DNA from: Pelagibacteraceae bacterium
GTDB taxonomy: Bacteria; Pseudomonadota; Alphaproteobacteria; GCA-002720895
DNA: 64,000 nucleotides
Assembly (NCBI GenBank): GCA_002717245.1
Contig: PBCY01000018.1
Coordinates: forward strand, 1,135 to 65,134
Direction: 5' to 3'
In this document: positions 17,592 to 27,870 of the stretch, in pieces
How positions within the stretch are numbered: the first letter of the stretch is position 1
Layout: every line of letters starts with the position of its first letter
The notes under the pieces: model-generated
What the model saw: the letters and a program-made list of their open reading frames with translations, nothing else
Database searches by the model: none
What the model was told of the DNA's origin: nothing
Translations under genes and position numbers: made by a program

Positions 17592-18665
17592 TTTCTAGTA
17601 TAATTTCATTGAAAAAAAAAATAGTTGTTTTAGTTACTTGTGGTGGCGCATACCATGCGCCAGGCGTTATAAATCATTTAAAAAATTTAAAAAGAATTAA
17701 TACAAAAGTTATATCTACAGATATTAATGATGACGCATTAGGAAAATATTTTGCAGATTTATTTTTTAAAGTCAGCAATGGAGGTTCAAGCTCATTTATT
17801 AAGGAATTAATAAATATTTGTAAAAAAAATAAAGTAGATATAATTATCCCATTTTCTGATGAAGAGGCTTTAAATCTATCAAAAAATATAAATAAATTTA
17901 ATAAGCTAGGAGTAAAAGTTTTAGTTTCTAATTACAAAATAACAAAATTTGTTTCTAATAAATTAAATTTAATGGAATTTATAAAAAAGGAAAAAATAGA
18001 TTATCCAAAATTTTTTTCTCCAAAAAGTATTAAACAATTAAATTATTCATTAAAAAAACTTGGTTATCCAAAAAAAAAAGTTGTGTTTAAACCAGTAGAT
18101 CAAAGAGGGGGAAGGGGATTTAGAATATTAAATGCTAACTTTGACGAATATGATGAAGTTACAAAACAAAAGAAAGAATTATTTATAACTAAAGAAAGAT
18201 TAGAAAAAATCATTTTAGAAAAAAATTTTTCTAAAAATTTTATTTTGATGGAATATTTAGAAGGAGAAGATTTCAATATTGACGTATTAGCTAATAATGG
18301 TGAAATCATAAATTATTTAGCGCAAAAAAGGTTACTTCCTAAACACGGTTCTTTAGAAAAAGGATCAGTAGATAAAGATTTAAAAATTAAAAAATATTTA
18401 CTAACTATTTTTTCTAAAATTAAATTTAATAATTTAGTAAATTTAGAAATGGCATATCAAAAAAAAAAATAAAAAAGGAAAATTATTATTATATGAAATT
18501 AATGTAAGACCAAGCGCACCAATTATAATTTCTGCAAGAGCTGGGTATTCATTATTAGAAAATGCCATTTATTTAAATATTGGTATAAAAAATATTAATA
18601 AAAAAATATCAAAAATTAAAATGATGAGATATTGGGGAGAAATTTTTGTAAAAACAAATGAATGA
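17558..18665 (+). CDS. ATP-grasp family ligase, interrupted by a frameshift in an A11 tract
   Basis: The first frame reads ...VFKPVDQRGGRGFRIL...LMEYLEGEDFNIDVL...LEMAYQKKK*. The next frame continues KGKLLLYEINVRPSAPIIIS..., the ATP-grasp C-terminal EINxR block, and ends at 18665 overlapping the next ATG. The start may be TTG 17609. Confidence 0.7.
18459..18469 (+). repeat. A11 homopolymer at the frameshift site of the ATP-grasp gene
   Basis: Counted directly. A length of 10 would give ...AYQKKNKKGKLLLYEIN... in a single frame. Confidence 0.9.
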
Positions 18666-19902
18666 GAAAAAACTAAATACTATTTTAATTAATTCTAAGG
18701 TTAAAAATATAATAAAAGCTCATGACACCCCTTTTTTTATTTTTTTTCCTAATATCATGAAAAAGAAAATTGATGATTTAAAAGCATCTTTAAAAAAAAA
18801 TTATTCAAATTCACAAATTACTTACTCTGTAAAAACTAATTATTTACCATTTGTAGTAAAAAAAGCTTATAGTTTTGGAGCTTATCCTGAATGCATCTCT
18901 GGATTTGAGATTCTTATTGTAAAAAAATTAAACTTATTAAATAAAGACGTTGTTATAAATGGGCCATTAAAATCAGAAGAAGATTTAATAAAACTTTCTA
19001 AATTAGGATGCAGAATTAATATCGATAATTTTACTGAATTAGAAATTGTACAGAAAGTTGCAATGAAATTAAATTTAATTTTAGAAATAGGAATAAGAAT
19101 TTACACGAAGTTAGGAAAAAAAACGTGGTCTAGATTTGGCTTTAATTTAGATAATCAAGAAGCAACTAAGGTTGCAAAAATAGTAAAAAAGAAAATGCCA
19201 AATTTAAAGATTGTTGGTCTTCATATGCATATAGGAACAAATATTTTAGATACAAAAATTTATAAAAATGCTTCATCGGCAGTATCAAAGTTTGCATATT
19301 TTTTAGGGAAAAATGATTTAATCGATTTAAAATATTTAGATTTAGGTGGTGGTTTTGCAACAAATTTGCCATTCAAAGATTACAAAAAAAAAATATGGAA
19401 TGTTCCTACAACAAATCAGTATATAAAAGCTATTTCAAATCCAATAAAAAAGATTTTTAAGAATAAGTTGCCAAAATTAATTTTAGAACCAGGTAGATTT
19501 TTAGTAGATGAAAGTTTCTTTTTAGTAACAAAAGTAAAAAGATTAAGAGGCAAAACTTTAGATTCTGTGATATTAGATGCAGGTGTTAATATTTTACCAT
19601 CTGGAAAATATAGAAAACATAATTTTTTTAAAATTAATAATAAAAATAAAAAAATTAAGAAATATAATTTGTATGGACCATTGTGTATGCAATCTGATTG
19701 TTTTAGAAATAATATAAAATTAAATGAATTAAATAAAGATGATGTGTTATACACTTCTTATGCGGGAGCATATAGTTTCTCTCAGTCATGGAATTTTATA
19801 CAATTTTCGCCTCCTGTACTAGCATTTGAAAAGAAAAAATTTATTTTAATTAAAAGAAAACAAAATTTAAAAGATTTACTATCTAGAGATATTAATGAAT
19901 AA
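18658..19902 (+). CDS. PLP-dependent decarboxylase, Orn/DAP/Arg decarboxylase family (fold type III)
   Basis: Motifs YSVKTNYLPFV (PLP lysine region), GLHMHIGT, LDLGGGF, EPGRFLV, YGPLCMQSD. Confidence 0.85.
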   Translation: MNEKKLNTILINSKVKNIIKAHDTPFFIFFPNIMKKKIDDLKASLKKNYSNSQITYSVKTNYLPFVVKKAYSFGAYPECISGFEILIVKKLNLLNKDVVINGPLKSEEDLIKLSKLGCRINIDNFTELEIVQKVAMKLNLILEIGIRIYTKLGKKTWSRFGFNLDNQEATKVAKIVKKKMPNLKIVGLHMHIGTNILDTKIYKNASSAVSKFAYFLGKNDLIDLKYLDLGGGFATNLPFKDYKKKIWNVPTTNQYIKAISNPIKKIFKNKLPKLILEPGRFLVDESFFLVTKVKRLRGKTLDSVILDAGVNILPSGKYRKHNFFKINNKNKKIKKYNLYGPLCMQSDCFRNNIKLNELNKDDVLYTSYAGAYSFSQSWNFIQFSPPVLAFEKKKFILIKRKQNLKDLLSRDINE

Positions 19903-20737
19903 ACAATTTATACTTAGTAAAGAGCAAAAAAAAATAATAGATAAAGATGGATTTATTATTTTTCCTCCTAATAATTTTGTTTTAAAGAATTTAAAAAAGA
20001 TTCATAAAATCTTAGAGAATTTGATTACTAAAGAAAAAAGTAAAGCAGGATGGGAAGGCAAAGAAGAATATTATAAAAAAGGCAAGCCATTTGAAAAAGG
20101 AGCTAGAAGATTAGGAAATTTAATTAATAAAAATGATATTTTTAAAGAATTAATAGTATTACCCGAAATAGCCCAAACTTCTGAATATATGGTAAATAAT
20201 GATATAAAAATTGGAGCTGTTGATTTTAGAGATCCTTTGATTGGTACTGGAAATCAAATTTTACATATTGATTGGTTGCCAAGAACTAAACATAAAGACC
20301 CTTTTGAATCTGTTTTAGTGCAAATAGTATTAGATAATACAAACAAAACAAATGGCCCTTTAAGGGTTGTGCCAGGAACTCATAAAAAATTAGGTTGGCC
20401 AGATGATCATATTAAAAATGTTAATTTAACGCACAAAAAAGAAAAATTAGTTTTTCTTAAAAAAGGTAGCATTGTTGTTATTAATGGAAATCTTTGGCAT
20501 GGTGGTACAGGAAATATTTCAGGAAATAAAAGAAGAATAATACTTATTGATATAAGAAATAGAAATTTACCACAGTTATTAAATCAAAAAAAATATATTG
20601 ATAAAAAAGTATTAAATAATTTAAACGAATACCAAAAATATTTGTTAGGCGTTAGAGATATTGATAAAAATCAAAAGGAAAAAAGTTTTGGTTCAGGTCA
20701 AGCGTACAGAATGAAATATGGTAGAAAAAGAGACTAG
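19895..20737 (+). CDS. Phytanoyl-CoA dioxygenase (PhyH) family Fe(II)/2-oxoglutarate oxygenase
   Basis: LHIDW is the HxD motif. It is followed by NGPLRVVPGTH and NLWHGGTGN. Confidence 0.8.
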   Translation: MNKQFILSKEQKKIIDKDGFIIFPPNNFVLKNLKKIHKILENLITKEKSKAGWEGKEEYYKKGKPFEKGARRLGNLINKNDIFKELIVLPEIAQTSEYMVNNDIKIGAVDFRDPLIGTGNQILHIDWLPRTKHKDPFESVLVQIVLDNTNKTNGPLRVVPGTHKKLGWPDDHIKNVNLTHKKEKLVFLKKGSIVVINGNLWHGGTGNISGNKRRIILIDIRNRNLPQLLNQKKYIDKKVLNNLNEYQKYLLGVRDIDKNQKEKSFGSGQAYRMKYGRKRD

Positions 20738-22202
20738 AACTATAAATAAGATTTTAAAAAAAAATTTAATAGAAAATTATCTACATGAAAGAAAAATAAT
20801 AGATAATTTTAGGATTAATTACTCTTCTTTTTTAAATCAAAAGAATAATAAATTTAATTTTGATAAAGATTTAATGAAATTAATATTTACCGATGTAACT
20901 ATTTTAATATCTGAGATTTTTTCTTTAAAAAAAAAAATAAATAAAAAAACAATTTTACCAAGAATAAAAATTTTGCAAAAGATTCCTAAAGGGAAAAGTT
21001 ATTTTTTTTTTCAAATATTAAGGTATTTAAAAAGTCTTTTTTATATAGACAATTTTTATAAACCAAAACTATTTTTTCATTCTCAAGAATCTTTAACATT
21101 TTCACCAACAGATTTATTAATTTCTTATTTTAAAAAAAAGAAAAAAAAGTTTTATTTAAGTAATTTCAACGAATGGTTTATTAAAAAAAAAATTAGAATT
21201 CAAGATTCAGATAGAGAACTTTCAAAGTTTATTGAAAATATTTATAAAAGAAATTTATTTTGTTTTTCAAAAAGAGAAATAAATAAATTATCAAATATTT
21301 TTTTTATTAACACTTCATTATTAGTTGCTTGGTATAGACAACATAAAGAACATATTGAGAAACAAAAAACTCCTTTATTTTTTTATTCAGGAACAATGGG
21401 AATACCGTTAAATAGACTTTTTGCGTATGGAGTAAAGAAAAATAAAGGCAAAGTAGTAGTTTTTGATCATGGTATGGGAAGTGGTTATTTTAAAACAGAC
21501 TTAGATTGTTCTTATGAATTTGATTTTGCAGATAAATTTGTAACCTTTGGCCCGTATGAAGCAAAAGGTATGGTAAAGAATTCTAAAATAAGTTTTAAGT
21601 TTAGAGGAAATCAAAGTAATAAAACAAAAGTTGATTGGGCGACAACATTAATAAAGAATAGTGGTTCAGGAAAAAAAATAATTAATTTTGATTTAGTCTA
21701 TGTTACGTCTAAGTATATTGAAGATAGTTCAAATTTAGAATATTTTTATCCTGATAATTTATTAATTCCGTTTCAAAGGAAAATAATTAGAAATTTACAA
21801 AAACAAAAGATGAAATTTGCTTTGAAACCACATCCGGATTCTTCAAATCTAATAATAAATAAAGTATCAAATGGATTAAAAGTTAATATTATTAATAATA
21901 ATTTTAATGAAATAAGTTGGAGCAAACAAATAATAATATTTGATTCTCCAAATTCAACTGCATTTAAAACTGCTTTACGATTAGATTTGCCAATTATTCT
22001 TTTTAGTTTTCCAAGATTAAAATTACATGCTGAAGCATTAAACTTACTTAAGAAAAGATGCAAGATTGTAAATATAAACTTAAATAAAGATGATCAAATA
22101 GATTTTAAAGAATTAAATTTTTTCAATTTGATAAAAGAAGCTAAATTTTTATCTAAAAATAAATTATTTATTAATAAATATTTTCCTTTCAAAAAAATAT
22201 AA
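20718..22202 (+). CDS. Hypothetical protein; possible GT-B glycosyltransferase with an HP motif (sialyl/Kdo-transferase-like)
   Basis: The C-terminal half has FALKPHPDSS, followed about 40 aa later by FDSPNSTAFKTAL..LPIILF. I recognise no other family. Confidence 0.3.
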   Translation: MVEKETRTINKILKKNLIENYLHERKIIDNFRINYSSFLNQKNNKFNFDKDLMKLIFTDVTILISEIFSLKKKINKKTILPRIKILQKIPKGKSYFFFQILRYLKSLFYIDNFYKPKLFFHSQESLTFSPTDLLISYFKKKKKKFYLSNFNEWFIKKKIRIQDSDRELSKFIENIYKRNLFCFSKREINKLSNIFFINTSLLVAWYRQHKEHIEKQKTPLFFYSGTMGIPLNRLFAYGVKKNKGKVVVFDHGMGSGYFKTDLDCSYEFDFADKFVTFGPYEAKGMVKNSKISFKFRGNQSNKTKVDWATTLIKNSGSGKKIINFDLVYVTSKYIEDSSNLEYFYPDNLLIPFQRKIIRNLQKQKMKFALKPHPDSSNLIINKVSNGLKVNIINNNFNEISWSKQIIIFDSPNSTAFKTALRLDLPIILFSFPRLKLHAEALNLLKKRCKIVNINLNKDDQIDFKELNFFNLIKEAKFLSKNKLFINKYFPFKKI

Positions 22203-22207
22203 TATTC

Positions 22208-23920
22208 ATGATTAGCAGTTATTTCAGCAAACTTAAATCAGTAAAAAGCATGTACGGTATTATTTTTGATACAGTTAAAAATTTTCCTACAGCAACATTA
22301 ATTAATGTTTTTGTTATTATTCTTGCAACTTTTGTAGAAGCAATAGGTTTTGGGTTATTGTTGCCTTTTTTAGAAATAATATTAAATAACGATTTAAATG
22401 AAATTTCTGGATTTAGTAAATATATACTTAAAGTATTTAATTATATTGGGCTAGACTTTGAAGTAAGAACATTTTTACTTTTATTTGGATCGTTATTAAT
22501 TCTAAAACATATATTTTTATCATTTTCAACTTGGCAAATAACCAGAGTATGGTCAGAATTAATTTCATTATCACGTAAGAAATTTCTTAATAATTTGATA
22601 TCTACAAAATTTAATTTTTTTAATTCATTATCTTTAGGCGCTCTCGTTAATTCTATAAATAGAGAAGCAGAGTCTCCCGCAAACGCTTATTCTATAACTT
22701 GCCATATAATAGTTTCTTTTCTTCAGTGTTTAATGTTAATTACTTTAAGTTTTTTTGTTTCATGGGAAATAACATTTGCAGCAATTACGATAAGTTTTTT
22801 AATTATTTTTATTTTAAAACGATTTATTGATGCTACTAAAAAATTAGGAAAAAAAGACACTGTAGTAAGGTCAGTTTTTAATAAAAAATTTGTTGAAATA
22901 ATGAGCAGTTTGAAACATTTAAAAGTTTCGGGAGAAGAAAACAGAATAAAAAAAATACTTTTTACAAATATTGAGAATATTAATAAAAATACAAAGAAGT
23001 TTGTTTTTTTCCAAGAAAATATTATTTGTTTCCAAAATATCTTTTTTACAACAAGCTTATTGTTTGGAATATATTATTTGTTAGTAAACATAAGTTTTCC
23101 GATAGAAAGAATAGCAGTTTTATCTGCATTATTTCTAAGACTTACCCAGGGTATGGGAAGAATTCAAAAGTTTTCACATAAACTTGCCCAATGTGAAGCT
23201 CCTTATAAAAAAATAACTAATTTAAATAAAGTTTTAAAAATAAATTATGACAAGAAAGAAGTTGAGGTTAAAAATATTTCTAATTCTATAGAATTAAAGA
23301 ATATTTTTTTTTCATATGATAAAAAAGAAATTATAAAAAATATTTCTTTAAAACTAAGAATAGGCCAAATTACTTTATTAAAAGGTTCTTCAGGAATAGG
23401 GAAAACAACTTTAGTTGATATTATTTGTGGTTTACTAAATCCAACTAAAGGTGAGATTTTAATTGATAATAGGATAGTTAAACCTGAAATAACAAAGTTA
23501 AAGAAAGACTTAGTTGGTTATATACCACAAGATTATTTTCTTTATAACGATACTATTTTAAATAATTTAACTTTAGGTAATTCTAAAAAGTTAAATAAAA
23601 ATTTAATTAATGATTCATTAAGAGTTGCAGAAGCCGATAAATTTGTTTTTAATTTAAAAAATGGTTTAAATACAAAATTAGGTGAAAAAGGAACAAAAAT
23701 TTCTGGTGGTCAAAGACAAAGAATTGCTTTAGCCATTACATTATTAAAACAACCTAGAATTTTAATATTAGATGAGGCAACTTCAGCATTAGATATAAAT
23801 ACTGAGAATAAAATTTTAAATAATATAAAGAAATGTAAAAAAAAGTTTGCTGTAATTATTATTTCTCATAGGAATAATGTTACAAAATTTGCTGACAAAA
23901 TAATTAATTTAAATAAATGA
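22208..23920 (+). CDS. ABC exporter, fused permease and ATPase (MsbA/PglK-like)
   Basis: An N-terminal 6-TM domain is followed by Walker A GSSGIGKTT, signature SGGQRQRIALA and Walker B ILILDEATSALD. Confidence 0.9.
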   Translation: MISSYFSKLKSVKSMYGIIFDTVKNFPTATLINVFVIILATFVEAIGFGLLLPFLEIILNNDLNEISGFSKYILKVFNYIGLDFEVRTFLLLFGSLLILKHIFLSFSTWQITRVWSELISLSRKKFLNNLISTKFNFFNSLSLGALVNSINREAESPANAYSITCHIIVSFLQCLMLITLSFFVSWEITFAAITISFLIIFILKRFIDATKKLGKKDTVVRSVFNKKFVEIMSSLKHLKVSGEENRIKKILFTNIENINKNTKKFVFFQENIICFQNIFFTTSLLFGIYYLLVNISFPIERIAVLSALFLRLTQGMGRIQKFSHKLAQCEAPYKKITNLNKVLKINYDKKEVEVKNISNSIELKNIFFSYDKKEIIKNISLKLRIGQITLLKGSSGIGKTTLVDIICGLLNPTKGEILIDNRIVKPEITKLKKDLVGYIPQDYFLYNDTILNNLTLGNSKKLNKNLINDSLRVAEADKFVFNLKNGLNTKLGEKGTKISGGQRQRIALAITLLKQPRILILDEATSALDINTENKILNNIKKCKKKFAVIIISHRNNVTKFADKIINLNK

Positions 23921-25005
23921 TAAATTTTACTGAACCATATCATTCTTATAATCAAGATAAAAAAAATCTTGAAAAAGCAATTACAAAAGTACTAAAAGAC
24001 GGATCTTATATTTTAGGAAAAAATGTAAAGCTTTTTGAAAAAAATTTTTCAAGATATCTTAATATTAAATATTCTGTAGCTGTAGCAAACGGCACAGACG
24101 CAATTCATTTAGGATTAAAAGCTTTAAATATAGGAAAAGGAGATGAGGTAATAGTTCCTTCCCATACAGCAATAGGAACTGTTTATGCGGTTGAGATGGT
24201 AGGAGCAAAAGTTGTATTTGCTGATATTGAAAAGAATTTTTTTACAATAGATCCAGAAAGTATAAAAAAAAAAATTACAAAAAAAACTAAAGCAATTATT
24301 TGTGTTCATTTATATGGACAGAGTTGCGATTTAAATGAAATTATTAAAATTTCAGAGAAAAACAAAATAAATTTAATTGAAGATTGTTCGCAAGCTCACG
24401 GAGCATTTTATAATAATAAAAAATTAGGAAATTTTGGTATTTTGTCATGTTTTAGTTTGTATCCTACAAAGAATTTAGGCGCATTTGGAGATGCAGGAAT
24501 TATTTCAACAAATAATAAAAAAATAGCTAATAAATTAGAGTTATTAAGACAATACGGTTGGAACAATAAAAGAGAAAGTCAATTGATAGGAATTAATTCT
24601 AGAATGGATGAAATACAAGCAGCTGTATTGAATGTAAAAATAAAAAAACTTAATATAAATAATAATAAGAGAAAAAAAGTTGCCGCAACTTATAATAAAC
24701 ATTTAAACACTTATAACGTTCAAATCCCGGAAATAAGAAATAATAATGATCATGTATTTTATTTATATGTAATTAGATGCAAACAAAGAAATAAACTAAA
24801 ACAATTTTTAAAAAAAAATGGAGTTAATACAGGAATACATTATTTAAAACCTGTTCATAAAGAAAAAGTATACTTAAATAAAAAAATAATTTTACAAGAA
24901 ACAGAAAAAGCTTCTAAAGAAATTTTAAGTTTACCTTGTTATCCAGAATTAAAATTAAAAGACCAGAAAAAAGTTATTTATTTGATAAATTCCTTTTTTA
25001 AATAA
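23917..25005 (+). CDS. DegT/DnrJ/EryC1/StrS family sugar aminotransferase (PseC-like candidate)
   Basis: Motifs ANGTDAIHL, GDEVIVPSHT, FSLYPTKNLGAFGDAG (PLP lysine). Confidence 0.88.
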   Translation: MINFTEPYHSYNQDKKNLEKAITKVLKDGSYILGKNVKLFEKNFSRYLNIKYSVAVANGTDAIHLGLKALNIGKGDEVIVPSHTAIGTVYAVEMVGAKVVFADIEKNFFTIDPESIKKKITKKTKAIICVHLYGQSCDLNEIIKISEKNKINLIEDCSQAHGAFYNNKKLGNFGILSCFSLYPTKNLGAFGDAGIISTNNKKIANKLELLRQYGWNNKRESQLIGINSRMDEIQAAVLNVKIKKLNINNNKRKKVAATYNKHLNTYNVQIPEIRNNNDHVFYLYVIRCKQRNKLKQFLKKNGVNTGIHYLKPVHKEKVYLNKKIILQETEKASKEILSLPCYPELKLKDQKKVIYLINSFFK

Positions 25006-25013
25006 AAGAATTA

Positions 25014-26703
25014 GTGAAAAATAAAAAAATATATCTTTCTTTCTCAAATCAAATTCAGGCCGCTGCCGCTTTAGCTATTAATGATGATATCGTAGAATTT
25101 GTCCAAGAAGAAAGATTTAATAGGAAAAAAATGTATAGAGGTTTTCCATATAGATCAATTAAATATTTATTATCAAAGTATAAAATTAACCCAAAAGATA
25201 TAAATAAAATAATATACTGTTACGCAGATAAAATTTATCCAAAAAATGAAATAAAAAAGAATATTTCTTTAAGAATTGATGAAGGTTTAAAGCAGCAGCA
25301 ATATAATAAGATAAAATATAATCAAAGATTAAATAGCGAGATTAAACTTCAAAAAAAATTATTTAGTAATGCTAATTTATTTTTAAAAAAATTTAAATTA
25401 TCAAAAAAAAAAATTAATTTGTTTTGACCATCACGCATGCCATGCTGCAAGTGCATTTTATTTTAATAATTTTAAAGATGAAATTACTTTTACATGCGAT
25501 GGTAAAGGTAATTATTTAAGTAGCGCTGTTTGGTTGTATAAAGGAAAAAAATTAAAAATGAAGAGTTTTTCAACCACTTTTGACAGTATTGGATATTTTT
25601 ATGGAAATATTACTAGGGTATTAGGATTTACTCCGGAGAAGCACGAAGGAAAAGTTACAGGGTTAGCAGCATATGGAAAATATAAAGCTATAATTAAGAT
25701 TTTTAGAAATTTTTTTTTTGTAGAAGAAGGTAAGATTAAAAGTATATGGTCAAAATATCACATTCCGTGGTTTGCAGAAAAGTCAGATTTACCTGAATTA
25801 TTTAAGTTAAAAAAAAAATATTCCGATAAAGATTTGGCATCAGGTGTACAAAAATTATTAGAAGAAGTAATTTGTAAATGGATTTCAGAAAATATAAATA
25901 TTTATAAAAAAAAAAGAGTTAACATAAGTTTAGCTGGTGGAGTTTTCGGTAATGTTAAATTGATACATGAAATTAAAAAATTAAAAAAAGTAGACAGTTT
26001 ATTTATCCAACCAGCAACTGGTGATGCAGGTTTACCATTAGGCGGTTTGAAATTATTAATTAATAAAAAAAGTAATTTAGCGAATACATTTCTTGGTTCA
26101 TCGTATTCAAATAGAGAAGTAGTTAATTTATTAAAAAAAAGGAATAAAAAATATAGGTATATAAGTAACGTAGAAGAAGTTTTAATTGATTTGTTTAAAA
26201 GAAAAAAAGTAGTAGGTTTTTTTAAAGGTCGAATGGAATTTGGTTATAGAGCTCTTTGTAATAGAACAATTTTATATCATGCTAAAGATAGAACTGTAAA
26301 TAAATGGTTAAACAAGAGATTAAATAGAACAGAATTTATGCCATTTGCTCCCGTGACTATTTCTTCTTTAGCAAAGAAATGTTTTTTGAATTGGAAGGCA
26401 AATGATAAAACTTCTAAATTTATGTTAAGCGTGTATGAATGTTCAAACTTTTTAAAGAAAAAGGCTCCTGCAGTAGTTCACGTTGACGGCACAGCTAGGC
26501 CGCAAGTTATTGATAAAGCAGATGACCCAATAATGTACCAGATACTAGAAAATTATTTTAAAAAAACAGGAGAAGTTGTACTTATTAACACATCTTTTAA
26601 TAATCACGAAGAGCCAATTGTTGAAAGTCCATTAGATGCAATTAAATCTATGTCCATTAAAAATGTTGATAATGTTATTTTTAATAGCTCGATTTTAATT
26701 TAA
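25014..26703 (+). CDS. NodU/CmcH-family carbamoyltransferase, interrupted by a frameshift in an A11 tract
   Basis: The first frame reads ...AAAALAINDDIVEFVQEERFNRKK... and stops at 25427. The next frame is open from 25387 and reads ...LICFDHHACHAASAFYF...TCDGKG...EGKVTGLAAYG...VHVDGTARPQ...NTSFN. The combined length of about 560 aa is typical of the family. Confidence 0.8.
25403..25413 (+). repeat. A11 homopolymer at the frameshift site of the carbamoyltransferase gene
   Basis: Counted directly. A length of 10 would give ...LSKKKLICFDHHACHAAS... in a single frame. Confidence 0.9.
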
Positions 26704-26727
26704 ATTATTTTTTTAAATTTATTAATT

Positions 26728-27870
26728 ATGAAGATAAAAAAATTACCAATTGAAGTTTCAGGACCATCGATATCAAATCTTGAAAAAAAATATATTTTAG
26801 ATGCATTATCAAACGGTTGGTATGGAAAAAATAAATATTATTATGTAGAAAAATTTGAAAAAAGTTTTGCCAAGTTTCATAAAAGAAATTTTGCGTTAAT
26901 GACAACTAATTGCACAAGTGCAATTCATCTACTTCTTTTAGCATTAGGTATAAAAAAAGGTGATGAAGTTATAGTTCCGGAAACAACATGGATTGCTACC
27001 GCATCACCAATAAAATATGTTGATGCTAAACCGGTATTTTGTGATGTTGAGAAAGATAGCTGGTGTTTATGTCCTAATCAATTAAAGAAAAATATTACTA
27101 AAAAAACAAAAGCAGTAATTGTTGTTGGTGTATATGGCAATATGCCTAAGATGGATGAAATAAAGAAAATAGTTAAGCAAAAAAGAATTCATTTAATTGA
27201 AGATGCCGCGGAATCGTTAGGTTCAAAATATAAGAATATAAAATCAGGTAAATTTGGAATTGCTTCAGTTTTTAGTTTTCATAGAACAAAAACTTTAACT
27301 ACTGGTGAAGGAGGAATGTTAACAACAGATAATAAAAAAATATATGAAAGGTGTAAATTTTTAAGAGATCATGGAAGAAAGCCAGGATCATATTATTTTG
27401 ATGAACTTGCCTATAAATACATGCCTTTTAATCTTCAAGCAGCTTTAGGATATGCTCAATTTAAAAGACTGAAACAATTAGTTAATAAAAAAAGATGGAT
27501 TTTTAAAGAGTATAAAAAAAATTTAAAAGAAATAAGTGATATCCAATTTAATATAGAAACTAAAGACACATATAATAGTTTTTGGCATACACATATAGTT
27601 TTAGGAGACTCATATAAAATAGATTCAAAAAAATTAGCTAAGGAATTATATAAAATAAATATTCCTACAAGGCCTTTTTTTTATCCTTTAAGTTCTATGC
27701 CTGTTTTTAAAGAAAGAAGTTTAAAAACAAAAAATAAAATTTCTTACTTATTAAATAATAAAGGTATCGGACTACCAAATGCATTAGATTTATCGAAAGA
27801 AAGTATAAGAAATGTATGTAAAGGTCTTAAAAGAGTATTAAAAAAATATAAAATTGAACATAAAAAATAA
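26728..27870 (+). CDS. DegT/DnrJ/EryC1/StrS family sugar aminotransferase
   Basis: Motifs TNCTSAIHL, GDEVIVPETTW, FSFHRTKTLTTGEGGM (PLP lysine). Confidence 0.88.
   Translation: MKIKKLPIEVSGPSISNLEKKYILDALSNGWYGKNKYYYVEKFEKSFAKFHKRNFALMTTNCTSAIHLLLLALGIKKGDEVIVPETTWIATASPIKYVDAKPVFCDVEKDSWCLCPNQLKKNITKKTKAVIVVGVYGNMPKMDEIKKIVKQKRIHLIEDAAESLGSKYKNIKSGKFGIASVFSFHRTKTLTTGEGGMLTTDNKKIYERCKFLRDHGRKPGSYYFDELAYKYMPFNLQAALGYAQFKRLKQLVNKKRWIFKEYKKNLKEISDIQFNIETKDTYNSFWHTHIVLGDSYKIDSKKLAKELYKINIPTRPFFYPLSSMPVFKERSLKTKNKISYLLNNKGIGLPNALDLSKESIRNVCKGLKRVLKKYKIEHKK

Noticed and set aside
25014-25427. A separate 137-aa gene, plus a 106-nt intergenic spacer before 25534.
   Set aside because: Both pieces are collinear parts of one NodU/CmcH carbamoyltransferase joined at an A11 run. 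The spacer is coding in the downstream frame. The apparent gaps at 15886-15987 and 18473-18657 are explained the same way.
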